Counted from the whole stretch's first letter, positions 45,854-56,268 are shown. The stretch: DNA of 63,979 bases, filler included, from an uncultured bacterium (GCA_964429075.1; 9 parts of 9 records of this genome joined end to end with filler, not necessarily neighbours in it), one strand, 5' to 3'. Notes: generated by a model not told the origin, from the sequence alone. Numbers and translations: made by a program.

Positions 45854-48800
45854 AATCCTCTCCTAATGAGGAGTAACATCAACAAAAGACCAATTATATT
45901 CATGCCACCTTCTGAGCTCGTACTACAACCACATCCAACGGGTGTCCGTGTCTCAATCGGTGTATTTTCTTTACCATTTTCTGAAACCCTTTTCTCTTCA
46001 GCAACCACCCTGTAGACTCCCCATCCTGTATTTGTAATACGACATATACGTTTATCGCTATAACATTCAGCATCTTTTGTTTCCTTAAGTTGACCGTATG
46101 TATAGTACTCAAATTTTATGTCTGTTACAGTATCAAGGTCTATCCCATCTTTCAAAGGTAGATAAATTATCATACTATCTGTAAGATCATTATTGTCAGA
46201 GCCCACAAAAACAGATGATGTAATGTCTATCTTTTCATCTTGATTCGCAATATTGGCCTCACCTACACCAACCCAGCCTTCCTCTTTAACACCCTCTGGA
46301 AACTCCACAACAAGATTATCAAGCGGATCGTTATCCTTTTTATATCTGAGCATAATATCAGAGATTCCGTGAACCCTTCTTAACATAATTGGTCTGTTTG
46401 TTACAAAAAGAACAAGCCTCGATGGAGCTGAGCAATATAATTGATCACAACTTCGCAGCCTGTATACATACACAGCATTGGAAACAGATGGCGAGATTTT
46501 TAAGATGTCATCTTCAGTTGAAAAGCTTGACTCAGGTCCGGCTGTCTGAATGAGTCCTCTTTGCAGAGTATCACCATCTGGATCATAACTCCATGAATCA
46601 TGGATCTCAATCGTATTACTGAAACCCTTGAGTAATGGCTCTATCTCTGAAATCAAAGGTGGAGAATTCTCACCTGCTACAGTAACATACGCAACTTTCG
46701 GAATACCCCAGTTTTTCCCGTCTGTGGCATTTACCTCAAAACCATAGACCCCTGCATATTCTGGACTGAATTCAAAAAGACCAGATCGTACATCAGCTGT
46801 GTTAGAAGGAGGCCCCTCTATCTGATTCCACAGAAATTCTATACTATCTCCATCTGGGTCATAGCTTGACTCTGCAGACAAAACCACCAGATCACCTACA
46901 GAGGCATTAACTGTATTGTTATCAACTCTAACAACGGGTACATGATCTTCGTCTGTCTCTACTGAAAAACAAAAGTTCGAGGGCAAAAAGGAATCCTCAC
47001 CCATATAGGGGATTAGACTGTAGCAGTATGTTCCCACATCTGATGGAGCTACCCTAATATTCAAAAGTGTAGCATCCTCAATCATTGCACCTGGTCCACT
47101 TGTCTGTTTCCAGTAGTAACCGAAATCTCCATTAATATTTCCATTTAAATAGACATATTCTCCCAGATGCCAGCTGGTCTCTCCATTTATTACAGGTGTT
47201 GGTGCTGAAAAGCCATCCTGTTCTACGAAGACTACAACCTTTTTTGAATCAAGAAGTGTATTATCAAGATATAGTTCTGCCTCAAAAATAAAAACACCCT
47301 TATGGGCTGCAAAGAATGCAAGGGTACCATCCTCAGATACTGTATAATCAATATCCTGTCCGGATACAGACTTCCAGATTAGTGAATAATCGAAGGTATC
47401 ACCTGGGATATAGTGTGGCCTTATCTTCACTATCCTTCCCATCTCAGTTCTATATTCCTTTAGAACTGATAGAAATGGATAGGATGGATCTGGTACTACA
47501 AGAAGCTCTATTTTTTTTCTACTTTCTGCACCTTCTGAATCGGTTGCAATAACAAGAAGCTCGTATTTCCCAGGGACATCAACGTTGCCATTAAAGATAC
47601 TACCACCATCTGGTAGATCAAGTTGCGATGGACCGGTCAACTGATGCCAGCTAAAATTTATATCATCACCATTTGGATCAACACTTCGTGAAAGATCTAT
47701 TAAAAAGTCTTGATCCTTAATGACCCTGTAAAAGCCCTTGGAAATAATCTTTGGTGGAAGATTTACAACCCTTATTTCTGCAAAATCTGGGTCACTATCT
47801 ACCTTCCCGTCGTTTACAACAAGTCTGAACACATATGTACCTGCCTTTTTAAGAGCTACCTCTGCCTTTTTGTCATCTTTGCTTGAGAAAAACACATCCT
47901 CAGGCCCTGAATCGAGACTCCAATGGTAGGTCAGAGAATCGTTGTTTGGATCTGTGCTTGGTGATCCATCAAGGGTTATCAGGGATGGGTAAATTGTATT
48001 GATATAGTCTTTTTTAATCTGTGCAACAGGTATATTGTCTGAAGGATCGAGTGGATCCAGAATATTGTTTTTTACCTCTGCAAGATCATCCACTCCATCA
48101 TGATCGGTATCACGTGAGAATGGATCTGTACCATTTCTGTATTCAGAGATATTTAAAAGTCCATCCCCATCTGAATCAAGAAAGGCATCCAGTGAATTAA
48201 GTGGGTCAAGCCCCTTTTGTGTTTCCCAAACATCCGGGATACCATCACAATCGGAGTCATTGTTACATATCACTGGATTAGAATCTTTTGTCTTGAAATC
48301 CACAATGGAGTGGTTGCCAGAAGAGACGACAACAAGATCCCCATAAGGGGAAAAAATCAGTCTTTTTGAGAGGTATAAACCTTCATCCAGATCTATTTCT
48401 GAGACAATACTGTTGAAACTACCATCAGGATTAAAGGCCTGAATCCTGCTAAGATAGACATCACTAACATATATTCTACCATAGTTGTCTGTTGTTATTC
48501 CAAGACCCCGTTTTAGCTCATTATCATTTGTACCCTCATTAGAAAAGCTTGTGATAAAGTTTCCATCACTACTGTAAATCTCTATTCGCTGATACTTTGC
48601 ATTTATCAATAAGATGCTACCATCAGGCTTGTATGTGCAGGCAGATGGCCTGCCATCAATGTCAAATGAGGCTGTTATTTTGCCATAAAGGTCAACTGTT
48701 GTTATTGTAGATAATCTTGGTGAACAGAGGAGTAGATTGTTACCATCCTTCGAAAGGGCAATGTCGGTGATATAATCAAGGCTATCAAAAACTGAAACCA

Positions 48801-49785
48801 ACTCTGTTAGTTGTTTATTTAAGGATAATTTATACAGCTTTGCTCCGTTGCCTCCACTAAAATAGATGTCCCCTCCGACTATTTCAAGGGCAAGAGGATT
48901 ATCAAGTCCTTCGAATGAGTATATCTTTTTTAAACTGCTATCAAATACCGATATCCTGTTTTTTGATGGCTCAGAAACATATATACGACCAAGATTATCA
49001 CTGACAATGTCGAAGGGTGAAAAATCCACGCCTATATATTTTTTGTTTTTAACAGCAAGACTTACAACCACTGAGTCTTTTGCAGTGGTGGTGTTCCCAT
49101 CAGAATCTGTAACACTACATGTTATCTCAAAGGAACCTGCAGTCTGTGGAAGAGTCCAGTTGACCCTATCAGGAATGTTATCATCAGTACCGCTTAAAGA
49201 CCCACCTGTTACACTCCAGTTAAATGAAAGTGGTTGACCATCAGGATCGTAGGATGAACATATCACCTCAACAGTATCACCGGGAAGTACCCTTTTGGCA
49301 CCAACAATTAGGCTATCAATTACTGGAGGGTTGCCAGAAGATACAGTCAACGACTTTGTAAAGGTTGCGTACTGCCTGCCACCACACATCCATGTCCCGG
49401 AATCTGGAACACTTACCGTTATTGTGTACTCACCCTCAATATCTGGAGCATTCCAAACTGCTGATGTCTCAAATGGGCTCTGTGATCCATCCATCTGAAT
49501 TTTTGATAGAGTACCACCATCTGAAGACCATTCTACTAGATCACTCCTTATCCTCTTACCACAGCCTGAGGTACACACCTGATCAATCCCACAATCCGGA
49601 TCATAGACCTTCAGGGTAAGTGTGACCTTTTCAGAAGGTCTAATTGTGCTTTTTGATACTGTAAATGAAATCAGTTCTGGTGCAGAATTGGCCCTTGCAA
49701 CACCTGCTGTGAATTCAAAAATTGAGATAAGAATGACCAGAAATTTAAGGTCATTGCCGACTCTCAGTATCCTGCAAAGGGTCAT
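45832..49785 (-). CDS. Large surface protein: Ig/PKD domains, NHL beta-propeller, Ca-binding DxDxDG repeats, PKD array, MYXO-CTERM anchor
   Basis: Signal peptide; DPDG..L.F.W repeats; GRIYVSD..RIQAF NHL blades; DSDCDG/DSDGDG/DTDHDG; C-terminal GCGCSTSSEGG-hydrophobic-RR. Confidence 0.85.
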   Translation of the reverse strand: MTLCRILRVGNDLKFLVILISIFEFTAGVARANSAPELISFTVSKSTIRPSEKVTLTLKVYDPDCGIDQVCTSGCGKRIRSDLVEWSSDGGTLSKIQMDGSQSPFETSAVWNAPDIEGEYTITVSVPDSGTWMCGGRQYATFTKSLTVSSGNPPVIDSLIVGAKRVLPGDTVEVICSSYDPDGQPLSFNWSVTGGSLSGTDDNIPDRVNWTLPQTAGSFEITCSVTDSDGNTTTAKDSVVVSLAVKNKKYIGVDFSPFDIVSDNLGRIYVSEPSKNRISVFDSSLKKIYSFEGLDNPLALEIVGGDIYFSGGNGAKLYKLSLNKQLTELVSVFDSLDYITDIALSKDGNNLLLCSPRLSTITTVDLYGKITASFDIDGRPSACTYKPDGSILLINAKYQRIEIYSSDGNFITSFSNEGTNDNELKRGLGITTDNYGRIYVSDVYLSRIQAFNPDGSFNSIVSEIDLDEGLYLSKRLIFSPYGDLVVVSSGNHSIVDFKTKDSNPVICNNDSDCDGIPDVWETQKGLDPLNSLDAFLDSDGDGLLNISEYRNGTDPFSRDTDHDGVDDLAEVKNNILDPLDPSDNIPVAQIKKDYINTIYPSLITLDGSPSTDPNNDSLTYHWSLDSGPEDVFFSSKDDKKAEVALKKAGTYVFRLVVNDGKVDSDPDFAEIRVVNLPPKIISKGFYRVIKDQDFLIDLSRSVDPNGDDINFSWHQLTGPSQLDLPDGGSIFNGNVDVPGKYELLVIATDSEGAESRKKIELLVVPDPSYPFLSVLKEYRTEMGRIVKIRPHYIPGDTFDYSLIWKSVSGQDIDYTVSEDGTLAFFAAHKGVFIFEAELYLDNTLLDSKKVVVFVEQDGFSAPTPVINGETSWHLGEYVYLNGNINGDFGYYWKQTSGPGAMIEDATLLNIRVAPSDVGTYCYSLIPYMGEDSFLPSNFCFSVETDEDHVPVVRVDNNTVNASVGDLVVLSAESSYDPDGDSIEFLWNQIEGPPSNTADVRSGLFEFSPEYAGVYGFEVNATDGKNWGIPKVAYVTVAGENSPPLISEIEPLLKGFSNTIEIHDSWSYDPDGDTLQRGLIQTAGPESSFSTEDDILKISPSVSNAVYVYRLRSCDQLYCSAPSRLVLFVTNRPIMLRRVHGISDIMLRYKKDNDPLDNLVVEFPEGVKEEGWVGVGEANIANQDEKIDITSSVFVGSDNNDLTDSMIIYLPLKDGIDLDTVTDIKFEYYTYGQLKETKDAECYSDKRICRITNTGWGVYRVVAEEKRVSENGKENTPIETRTPVGCGCSTSSEGGMNIIGLLLMLLLIRRGLWQTKNV

Positions 49786-49798
49786 TTTGACTGTTTCT

Positions 49799-50206
49799 TT
49801 AATGGCCTTCTCCTTTATTATGACAGTTCATACATAGGGTGTCAAAATCCATCCGCAACATACTTTTATGCCTGCTTTTTCCGTGCGGTTCATGACAGGT
49901 AATACAGGTTAACCTTCTATTGCGAGTAAGAGGAAGATCTGTCTTTTCAATCTGTATCACACCAACAGGATGTCCACCTATTCCTCTATGGCATACCATA
50001 CTACACCCCTTTGTTTGCTTTAAATCCCTCTCGTGACAGCTCTGACATGGCAGTGTCCTTTTGCCATGAATAACACTCTTTGCTTTTAGAACAGGCCCTT
50101 TCTGTACTATTGCTGAACAGTCCCATAATAAATATAATACCGAAATATATATAATTTTCAAAAAGATGCCGGGTTGTGTTCCTTTCCATGACAATTTAAA
50201 TAGCAC
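49799..50206 (-). CDS. Small tri/tetraheme c-type cytochrome (doubled CxxCH type)
   Basis: CQSCH, CSMVCH (CX3CH), CITCHEPH, LCMNCH; N-terminal hydrophobic segment. Confidence 0.85.
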   Translation of the reverse strand: MLFKLSWKGTQPGIFLKIIYISVLYLLWDCSAIVQKGPVLKAKSVIHGKRTLPCQSCHERDLKQTKGCSMVCHRGIGGHPVGVIQIEKTDLPLTRNRRLTCITCHEPHGKSRHKSMLRMDFDTLCMNCHNKGEGH

Positions 50207-51669
50207 TCCCCTCTAAATGCTCCAAGATCAATAAACTCAAGACGTCCATTTTTTGAAGGACTAACTTTTGTAAAACGCGGATCCTTGTTAAAACGAATAA
50301 GATTTGTATTTTTTTTACTACCATGTGAATCATGGCAGGTGTAGCAGCTCGTCTTCTGATCCACAATGTGTAATTTGTGATACNNNNNNNNNNTGATACT
50401 TAAAACTCTGATCGGACAGGATAGAATTTCTATCATGACAGTTGTAACAGAGTTGATAGACAAAATAGGTCTCTGCAATTCCATCCTTTCTTGTATAATT
50501 GAACTTCAGTATCGCAATATAACCAGAGCCATGTACATTTTTTACACCCTTTTCATCAGAACCGTGACAATCCATACATCCAATTATTGAATCTGTATTA
50601 TAGGGTTTTAGAAGACTCGGGACATCTTTATTCCTTCCTGCAGCAAGGACTGGGTGGTATGATCTATTCCCGGGATCAAACTCCATTCTTTTGTCTCTTA
50701 TAAAAGTGTTGTCATTCGAGCTGTTGCCATGACAGTTTAGACAGACCTTATTCCAGCCACTTTCGTAATTGTAAACGATTATCTTTGGGAAAAATGGCTT
50801 TTTTAAAATAAAATTTGAAGAGCTAGTTACAAGATGTGGATCGTGGCAATCAACACACTCTGAGTGCATCTTATTTTGATCTATCCTGCCGGTGATCTTT
50901 TCAAGTGGTGAATGAAGACCACTAAGTTCTATTGGATGATGAGAATACTTTTTGAAATCCTCTTTGTCATCTCTGAGAGTAACATCCTGCGCAAGTCTTT
51001 TCTGATCTTTTGTTGCCCTACGCCTCTGTTTCCCATTGTGACAGTCAAAACATAGCTCCTCCTCCTTTGCATATAACATAGGGGTACCAGGGACACCATG
51101 TCCTTTGTGACATGAACCACATCCCAGAGGTAGTTTCGATCTATCTGCATGTCCGCTCTGTAGATTTATAGGTTCATGACATTTTAGGCATACACCATCC
51201 CACGTAGGGGTCCTCCAGAAGTGCGGTATTTTCTTTTGCGGTGAATAGTAATCGTCGTTGTGGGGATCATGACAGGATGTACACTGCACCTTCCCCTTTT
51301 CATCAAGCAGGGTCCTATCCCTGCCAATCCTTGGAGGTAATTTTAACCCACTTAATCTGTTGGCCTTTCTTTTTATAATTAGATCCTTGTTAAAAACGAA
51401 TGAAACAGGATGCATCCCGGATAAATCTGTCCCGAGATATCCCTTTGAATCGGGGGTAATCCTGCCCGAACTATCCACACCGGTCATATATTTTGGATCA
51501 ACCTTTCCTTTAATCAACATACCAATTGCGACTGTACCATCATGACAGCTCAGGCATAGTTTGCTTGCACCATCCGGCTGACCGGGAACAAATCCGATAG
51601 TTTTACTTTGATATAGTTTATAATTCTTTACAGAAGAGAGTTTGTGATTCCATAGGGCCTTCAGTGGTC
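50158..51669 (-). CDS. Multiheme c-type cytochrome with at least 11 heme motifs (5' truncated; split by gap 50384-50393)
   Basis: In-frame upstream extension GQPDGASKLCLSCHDGT; then CTSCH, CLKCH, CGSCH, CFDCH, CVDCH, CLNCH, CMDCH, CYNCH, CYTCH, CYLNCH; gap flanks overlap (TGATAC). Confidence 0.9.
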
Positions 51670-51769
51670 NNNNNNNNNNNNNNNNNNNNNNNNNNNNNNN
51701 NNNNNNNNNNNNNTTAATTAATTAANNNNNNNNNNNNNNNNNNNNNNNNNNNNNNNNNNNNNNNNNNNN
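51670..51769. other. Artificial contig-joining linker
   Basis: N44-TTAATTAATTAA-N44. Confidence 0.98.
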
Positions 51770-51855
51770 GGACAAAGATGGATATTGATCTATTTATTAT
51801 CTGATCAGATTGAAGGGGCCATCTCCTTTTGAGCAAGCCTTAGTAAAAGTTAGTT

Positions 51856-52404
51856 ATGAGTCTATATACAAAAAGATACTTTATATTACTCAAAAAAGGG
51901 ATCTTTCTTTTTGGCATAACTTTTGCTTTAATATATAGTTGTGTATATCCGGTTGATATAAAAATGAGGCCTCAGGAAAACAGAGTCCCATACTTTGTGA
52001 ATGATGCTATATATCCAACATCAGGTATAATCACAATAGATAAGTCCTGTAAGAGTATAACATTTACGATCGGGAAGGTGGCCGATGAAGATACAGATGA
52101 TTATCTATACATGAGATGGTTTGTAAATTATGATTTAGATCCTTCCATTGCACAGGAGGCAGTGATTGAACCAAACGGTAACCTTGAAAGAGAAGGAGAT
52201 AGTTTTGAATTGATGCTTGATAGCTATCTGCTCGATCCATCTGTATCTGGAAGGGTTACAAATCTGATTGAGGTGGTTCTAACGGACAGACCCTTTGAAG
52301 ACTCTTCAGTAGAACCTAAAAACAGGGCAATCAAAGATGGAGCTGGTGTAACAGTATTTAGATGGGCGCTGGAGCTAACAGATGAGAATGTCTGCAATCA
52401 ATAA
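51856..52404 (+). CDS. Putative lipoprotein, hypothetical
   Basis: Lipobox-like LIYSC; D.D.DD.LYMRWFVNY motif. Confidence 0.7.
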   Translation: MSLYTKRYFILLKKGIFLFGITFALIYSCVYPVDIKMRPQENRVPYFVNDAIYPTSGIITIDKSCKSITFTIGKVADEDTDDYLYMRWFVNYDLDPSIAQEAVIEPNGNLEREGDSFELMLDSYLLDPSVSGRVTNLIEVVLTDRPFEDSSVEPKNRAIKDGAGVTVFRWALELTDENVCNQ

Positions 52405-53866
52405 TAGATTATTTACAACCTTCCTTTGCCTGATCCTTTTTTCAGGCATATTTTCGTGTAAGATTAAAAAAGAGGGGAGACTTTGCATAAACGGTGTATG
52501 TCGAAGTCTACCGCCTCTATCCGGTACTGTTAATTTTATAGTCGATTATCCTGAAAAAAGTGGCCTTATGTCACAACAGTTCCATAATGTTAATTTAAAG
52601 AATGGTAACATCACCTTAAAGGCAAAATATCCTGTTTCGATAAATGGTATTGTTGACAATGGAAACACAGAATTCAACGGCACTGTAACCTTTCAGCTAA
52701 AAGATTCTATAGATGCAACATCAGGATATTTCAGCTCTGATGTTAATCAGGGTCTATTTATTACAGAAATTCCTGCCGGAGATTATAATGTCTTAATTAT
52801 ACCTGACAACCCAGATCTGCCAGTTATAGTTAAAGATATAAATATTGAAGATAGTACAAAAGAGACTACGTTAAAATTTGATTATGATGGCAAGATAAAT
52901 ATATACTCCGGGACGGTTTTAGACAGCGAAGGTCATCCTATGTCTGGTTTAAACGTCAGGCTATTTTCTGGCTCAACACCCATTTCTGCTGATGTCACAA
53001 CTGATGAAAATGGAATGTTCAAGGTTTCATATCTAACCAATCTTGATCCTGATCATATATTATTGACCCCTACCCAAGGACCCAAAATTGTAAGGACTGT
53101 AGAATTTGATCCATACCAATCAGATATAATATATGGTAACATACCACCAATAACAAAGATTTCTGCCAGAGTAAAAACCGGTATCTACGAAGAAACCCCA
53201 GAACTAATATGGAATTTTTACTATCTGATTGATGGAGAGTTTCATATATCAAAAAAGGGATCTTTAGTTGATGCAGAAGTACCAGAAGGCAAATATCTTG
53301 TTCTCATTGTTCCAGATCAATCCTCACTGTTCTCAATCACTGCAAAGACATTTAACATACCCGAACAGGAGGTAGAGCTACAGATGAAAAGAAAGATTTA
53401 TGTAGAAGGAACCCTGACACTTTTCAACGGCAACCCTGCTGCTGCTACCAGCTTAATCTTTAAAAGGATATCTGGATTTGTGGACGAACACGATACAGTA
53501 ATGAGGAAATATACTACAGAAACCGATAAAGATGGCTCTTTTCACATTCTGGTTGATGAGGGGTTATATGACATACAGGTAGAACCACCCAGAGGCTCCT
53601 CAGTGCCAGCATATATCATGACCAATATATACATGCTTGATGGCACTAATAACAGGTTAGATATAAAACTCCCACAAGCAGCTCAGCTTAAAGGGATTGT
53701 ACTCGACCCAAATGGGGATACTGTTTCGGATAGCCATGTAAGAGTTTATATAAAAAATGACTCATCTGACAAGAGCGTCTATAAATTAATAGAGGAGGTA
53801 CAGACCGATCAAAATGGTAATTTTGAAATGGTGCTGCCATTATCAATAGACTATTCAAGATTCTGA
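52382..53866 (+). CDS. Putative lipoprotein with carboxypeptidase-regulatory-like beta-sandwich repeats
   Basis: Lipobox IFSC; repeated G.VLD..G.P..TD.NG.F and G.Y.V.I.P units. Confidence 0.75.
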   Translation: MRMSAINNRLFTTFLCLILFSGIFSCKIKKEGRLCINGVCRSLPPLSGTVNFIVDYPEKSGLMSQQFHNVNLKNGNITLKAKYPVSINGIVDNGNTEFNGTVTFQLKDSIDATSGYFSSDVNQGLFITEIPAGDYNVLIIPDNPDLPVIVKDINIEDSTKETTLKFDYDGKINIYSGTVLDSEGHPMSGLNVRLFSGSTPISADVTTDENGMFKVSYLTNLDPDHILLTPTQGPKIVRTVEFDPYQSDIIYGNIPPITKISARVKTGIYEETPELIWNFYYLIDGEFHISKKGSLVDAEVPEGKYLVLIVPDQSSLFSITAKTFNIPEQEVELQMKRKIYVEGTLTLFNGNPAAATSLIFKRISGFVDEHDTVMRKYTTETDKDGSFHILVDEGLYDIQVEPPRGSSVPAYIMTNIYMLDGTNNRLDIKLPQAAQLKGIVLDPNGDTVSDSHVRVYIKNDSSDKSVYKLIEEVQTDQNGNFEMVLPLSIDYSRF

Positions 53867-56268
53867 ACCCTCTTTTTGATCCTGCCAAGTAGTAATGAAC
53901 TCATCACAACTGATATACTTGAAAATGCCATAGCAAGTCCTGCAAATTCAGGCTTCAAAGAAACACCAAAATTAGGGTAAAAAAGACCTGCAGCAACTGG
54001 AATAGCGACTGTATTATAGATAAAGGCCCATAGCAGATTCTGTTTTATCTTTCGTAAGGATGCCCTACCAATAAGTACAGCCCTTGGTACATCGAGAATA
54101 TCGCTTTTTATTAAGACAATATCACCACTCTCTTTTGCGATATCTGTACCACCACCCATGGCAATACCCACATCAGAAAGAGCAAGTGCCGGTGCATCGT
54201 TTATCCCATCACCTACCATGGCAACAGTAGCTCCAGATTCTCTTTTTTCTCTAATTAAAGCCAACTTATCATGCGGCAATAATTCTGCTGAAAATTCTTT
54301 AATACCGACCTCACTTGCCACCTTCTGTGCAACCTCTTTACTATCCCCAGTAATCATATAGGTCTCTATATTTAGACGATTCAAAATTGCCACAGCCTTT
54401 TTTGAGTTCTCCCTTACCCCATCACCAAAGATATATGATACCTGTCCTACATCTTCTACATATGCTATAACTGAACTTTTCTTTTTCTCAAAATCTAAAT
54501 CTTTTAATCTGTCAGTAAGTCCCTCTTTTTCAAAGAGTCTTATATTGCCTGCCCAGACCCTTTTGCCATCCACAATACCCATAATACCCATTCCTGGTAC
54601 CTCTTTTACCTCTTTTACCTCTAAATTAACTGCACCGTTTGATAGGGACTTTGCATATTGCGATACAGCATTTGCAACAGGATGATTTGACATAGATTCA
54701 AGTGCAGCTACATAAGCATGGATCTTTGCTTCATTAACTGATCCCGAAAAATGGTGGCTGATTACTTCAAACACACCCTCTGTGATAGTGCCTGTCTTAT
54801 CGAAGAAGATAATATCGGTCTTTGCTATTGCCTCAAGTGAAGATGCCTTCTTTACAAGAATCCCCAGGCTCAGACCTGCCCGCATACCTACCATAACTGC
54901 AGCTGGCGTGGCAAGGCCTAGTGCACATGGACAAGCAATTACAAGGACAGAGATCGCAAAATTAAGTGCAAATAAAAAGGCATCTTTACCGGAAAGTCCA
55001 GAAAAGGCATTGGCACCGTATAACCACCAGAAAAACAGGGTCATAAGAGAAATTGATACGACAACCGGTACAAAAATAGCAGAAATCCTATCTGCCAATT
55101 TCTGTATGTTTGGTTTGTCACGCTGCGCTTCAGAAACCAGCTTAATAATGTTTGCGAGGAATGTATCCTGTCCAATCCTATCTATCTTTATCAAAAGTAC
55201 ACCATCAAGATCTTTTGTCCCTCCAGTTACCCTTTCATCTGGCTCTTTTAAGACAGGTTTCGCCTCACCTGTTATTAAAGACTCATCTACAGAGGCAGTA
55301 CCTGAAATTACCACTCCATCAGATGGAATAAGATCACCAGGTCTTACCTTAACAATGTCTCCTACGACCAGTTCCTCAGCCGATACCTCTTTGTATTCGT
55401 TATCTTTTACCTTTTTTAGCACCTTATTAGGACGCAGCTGTAAAAGACCTCTTAATGCATCAGATGCCCTCCTTTTGGCCATCTCTTCCAGTACCTTCCC
55501 TGTCCTTATAAAGACAATTAAAAAAAGAACAGTCTCATAATAGGGCCTGTTTTGAAACACACCAAAAGTAGAAAGAAGACTTGAAATAATAGAGGCAAGA
55601 AGACCGAGAGAGACAAGCACATCCATACCTGCAGTTTTATTCTTCAGTGTAAACCATGCACCGCGAAAAAAGGTGCTGCCACCATAGATAAGAACACCAA
55701 GGGCTGCTACTGTCTGGATTATATCTGCATAGATGTTCTCTATCTTTCCGTATGTAATAATAAGGATTGGAATTCCAATAAGTAGTGTTATCAAAATCTT
55801 CTTGATCTCTTTTTTGTACGATACACTTTCTGTTGCCTCAACAGATAAAAGCTTTGCTGAATATCCAGCAGCCTCTACTACCTTTTCAATCTTTTCAATA
55901 GAGATCTTATCTGTTACCTTGACAGATGCTGTACTGGAAGCAAAATCGACCCTTGCTTCGATGACACCATCTAAACTCTTAAGTGCCTTTTCAACAGACT
56001 GCGCACAACTTGTACAACTCATCCCACCTATTGCAAAGGTAAGCTCTCTGGACTCCTCTTTTATTCCATAGCCGGCCTTTTCGACAGCCTCTTTTATCTT
56101 TTTTTCATCTATAAGACCTTCAACCTGCACCCACATTTCCCCGGAGACCGGATTCACAGATACCTCTTTTATTCCCGATACCCCCTCTACTGCCTTTTTT
56201 ACATTTATTGCGCAGTTAGCACATGACATTCCGGTGACAATAAATCGTTTCTTATTTTTTTCCATCAC
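53851..56268 (-). CDS. copA: Copper-translocating P1B-type ATPase
   Basis: Two HMA domains (GMSCANC, GMSCTSC), TGE, ACPCALGLATP, DKTGT, GDGINDAP, YN and MAFSS Cu+ ligands. Confidence 0.95.
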   Translation of the reverse strand: MMEKNKKRFIVTGMSCANCAINVKKAVEGVSGIKEVSVNPVSGEMWVQVEGLIDEKKIKEAVEKAGYGIKEESRELTFAIGGMSCTSCAQSVEKALKSLDGVIEARVDFASSTASVKVTDKISIEKIEKVVEAAGYSAKLLSVEATESVSYKKEIKKILITLLIGIPILIITYGKIENIYADIIQTVAALGVLIYGGSTFFRGAWFTLKNKTAGMDVLVSLGLLASIISSLLSTFGVFQNRPYYETVLFLIVFIRTGKVLEEMAKRRASDALRGLLQLRPNKVLKKVKDNEYKEVSAEELVVGDIVKVRPGDLIPSDGVVISGTASVDESLITGEAKPVLKEPDERVTGGTKDLDGVLLIKIDRIGQDTFLANIIKLVSEAQRDKPNIQKLADRISAIFVPVVVSISLMTLFFWWLYGANAFSGLSGKDAFLFALNFAISVLVIACPCALGLATPAAVMVGMRAGLSLGILVKKASSLEAIAKTDIIFFDKTGTITEGVFEVISHHFSGSVNEAKIHAYVAALESMSNHPVANAVSQYAKSLSNGAVNLEVKEVKEVPGMGIMGIVDGKRVWAGNIRLFEKEGLTDRLKDLDFEKKKSSVIAYVEDVGQVSYIFGDGVRENSKKAVAILNRLNIETYMITGDSKEVAQKVASEVGIKEFSAELLPHDKLALIREKRESGATVAMVGDGINDAPALALSDVGIAMGGGTDIAKESGDIVLIKSDILDVPRAVLIGRASLRKIKQNLLWAFIYNTVAIPVAAGLFYPNFGVSLKPEFAGLAMAFSSISVVMSSLLLGRIKKRVQNLE

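Noticed and set aside
54782-55540. 252-aa plus-strand ORF
   Set aside because: Antisense shadow of copA
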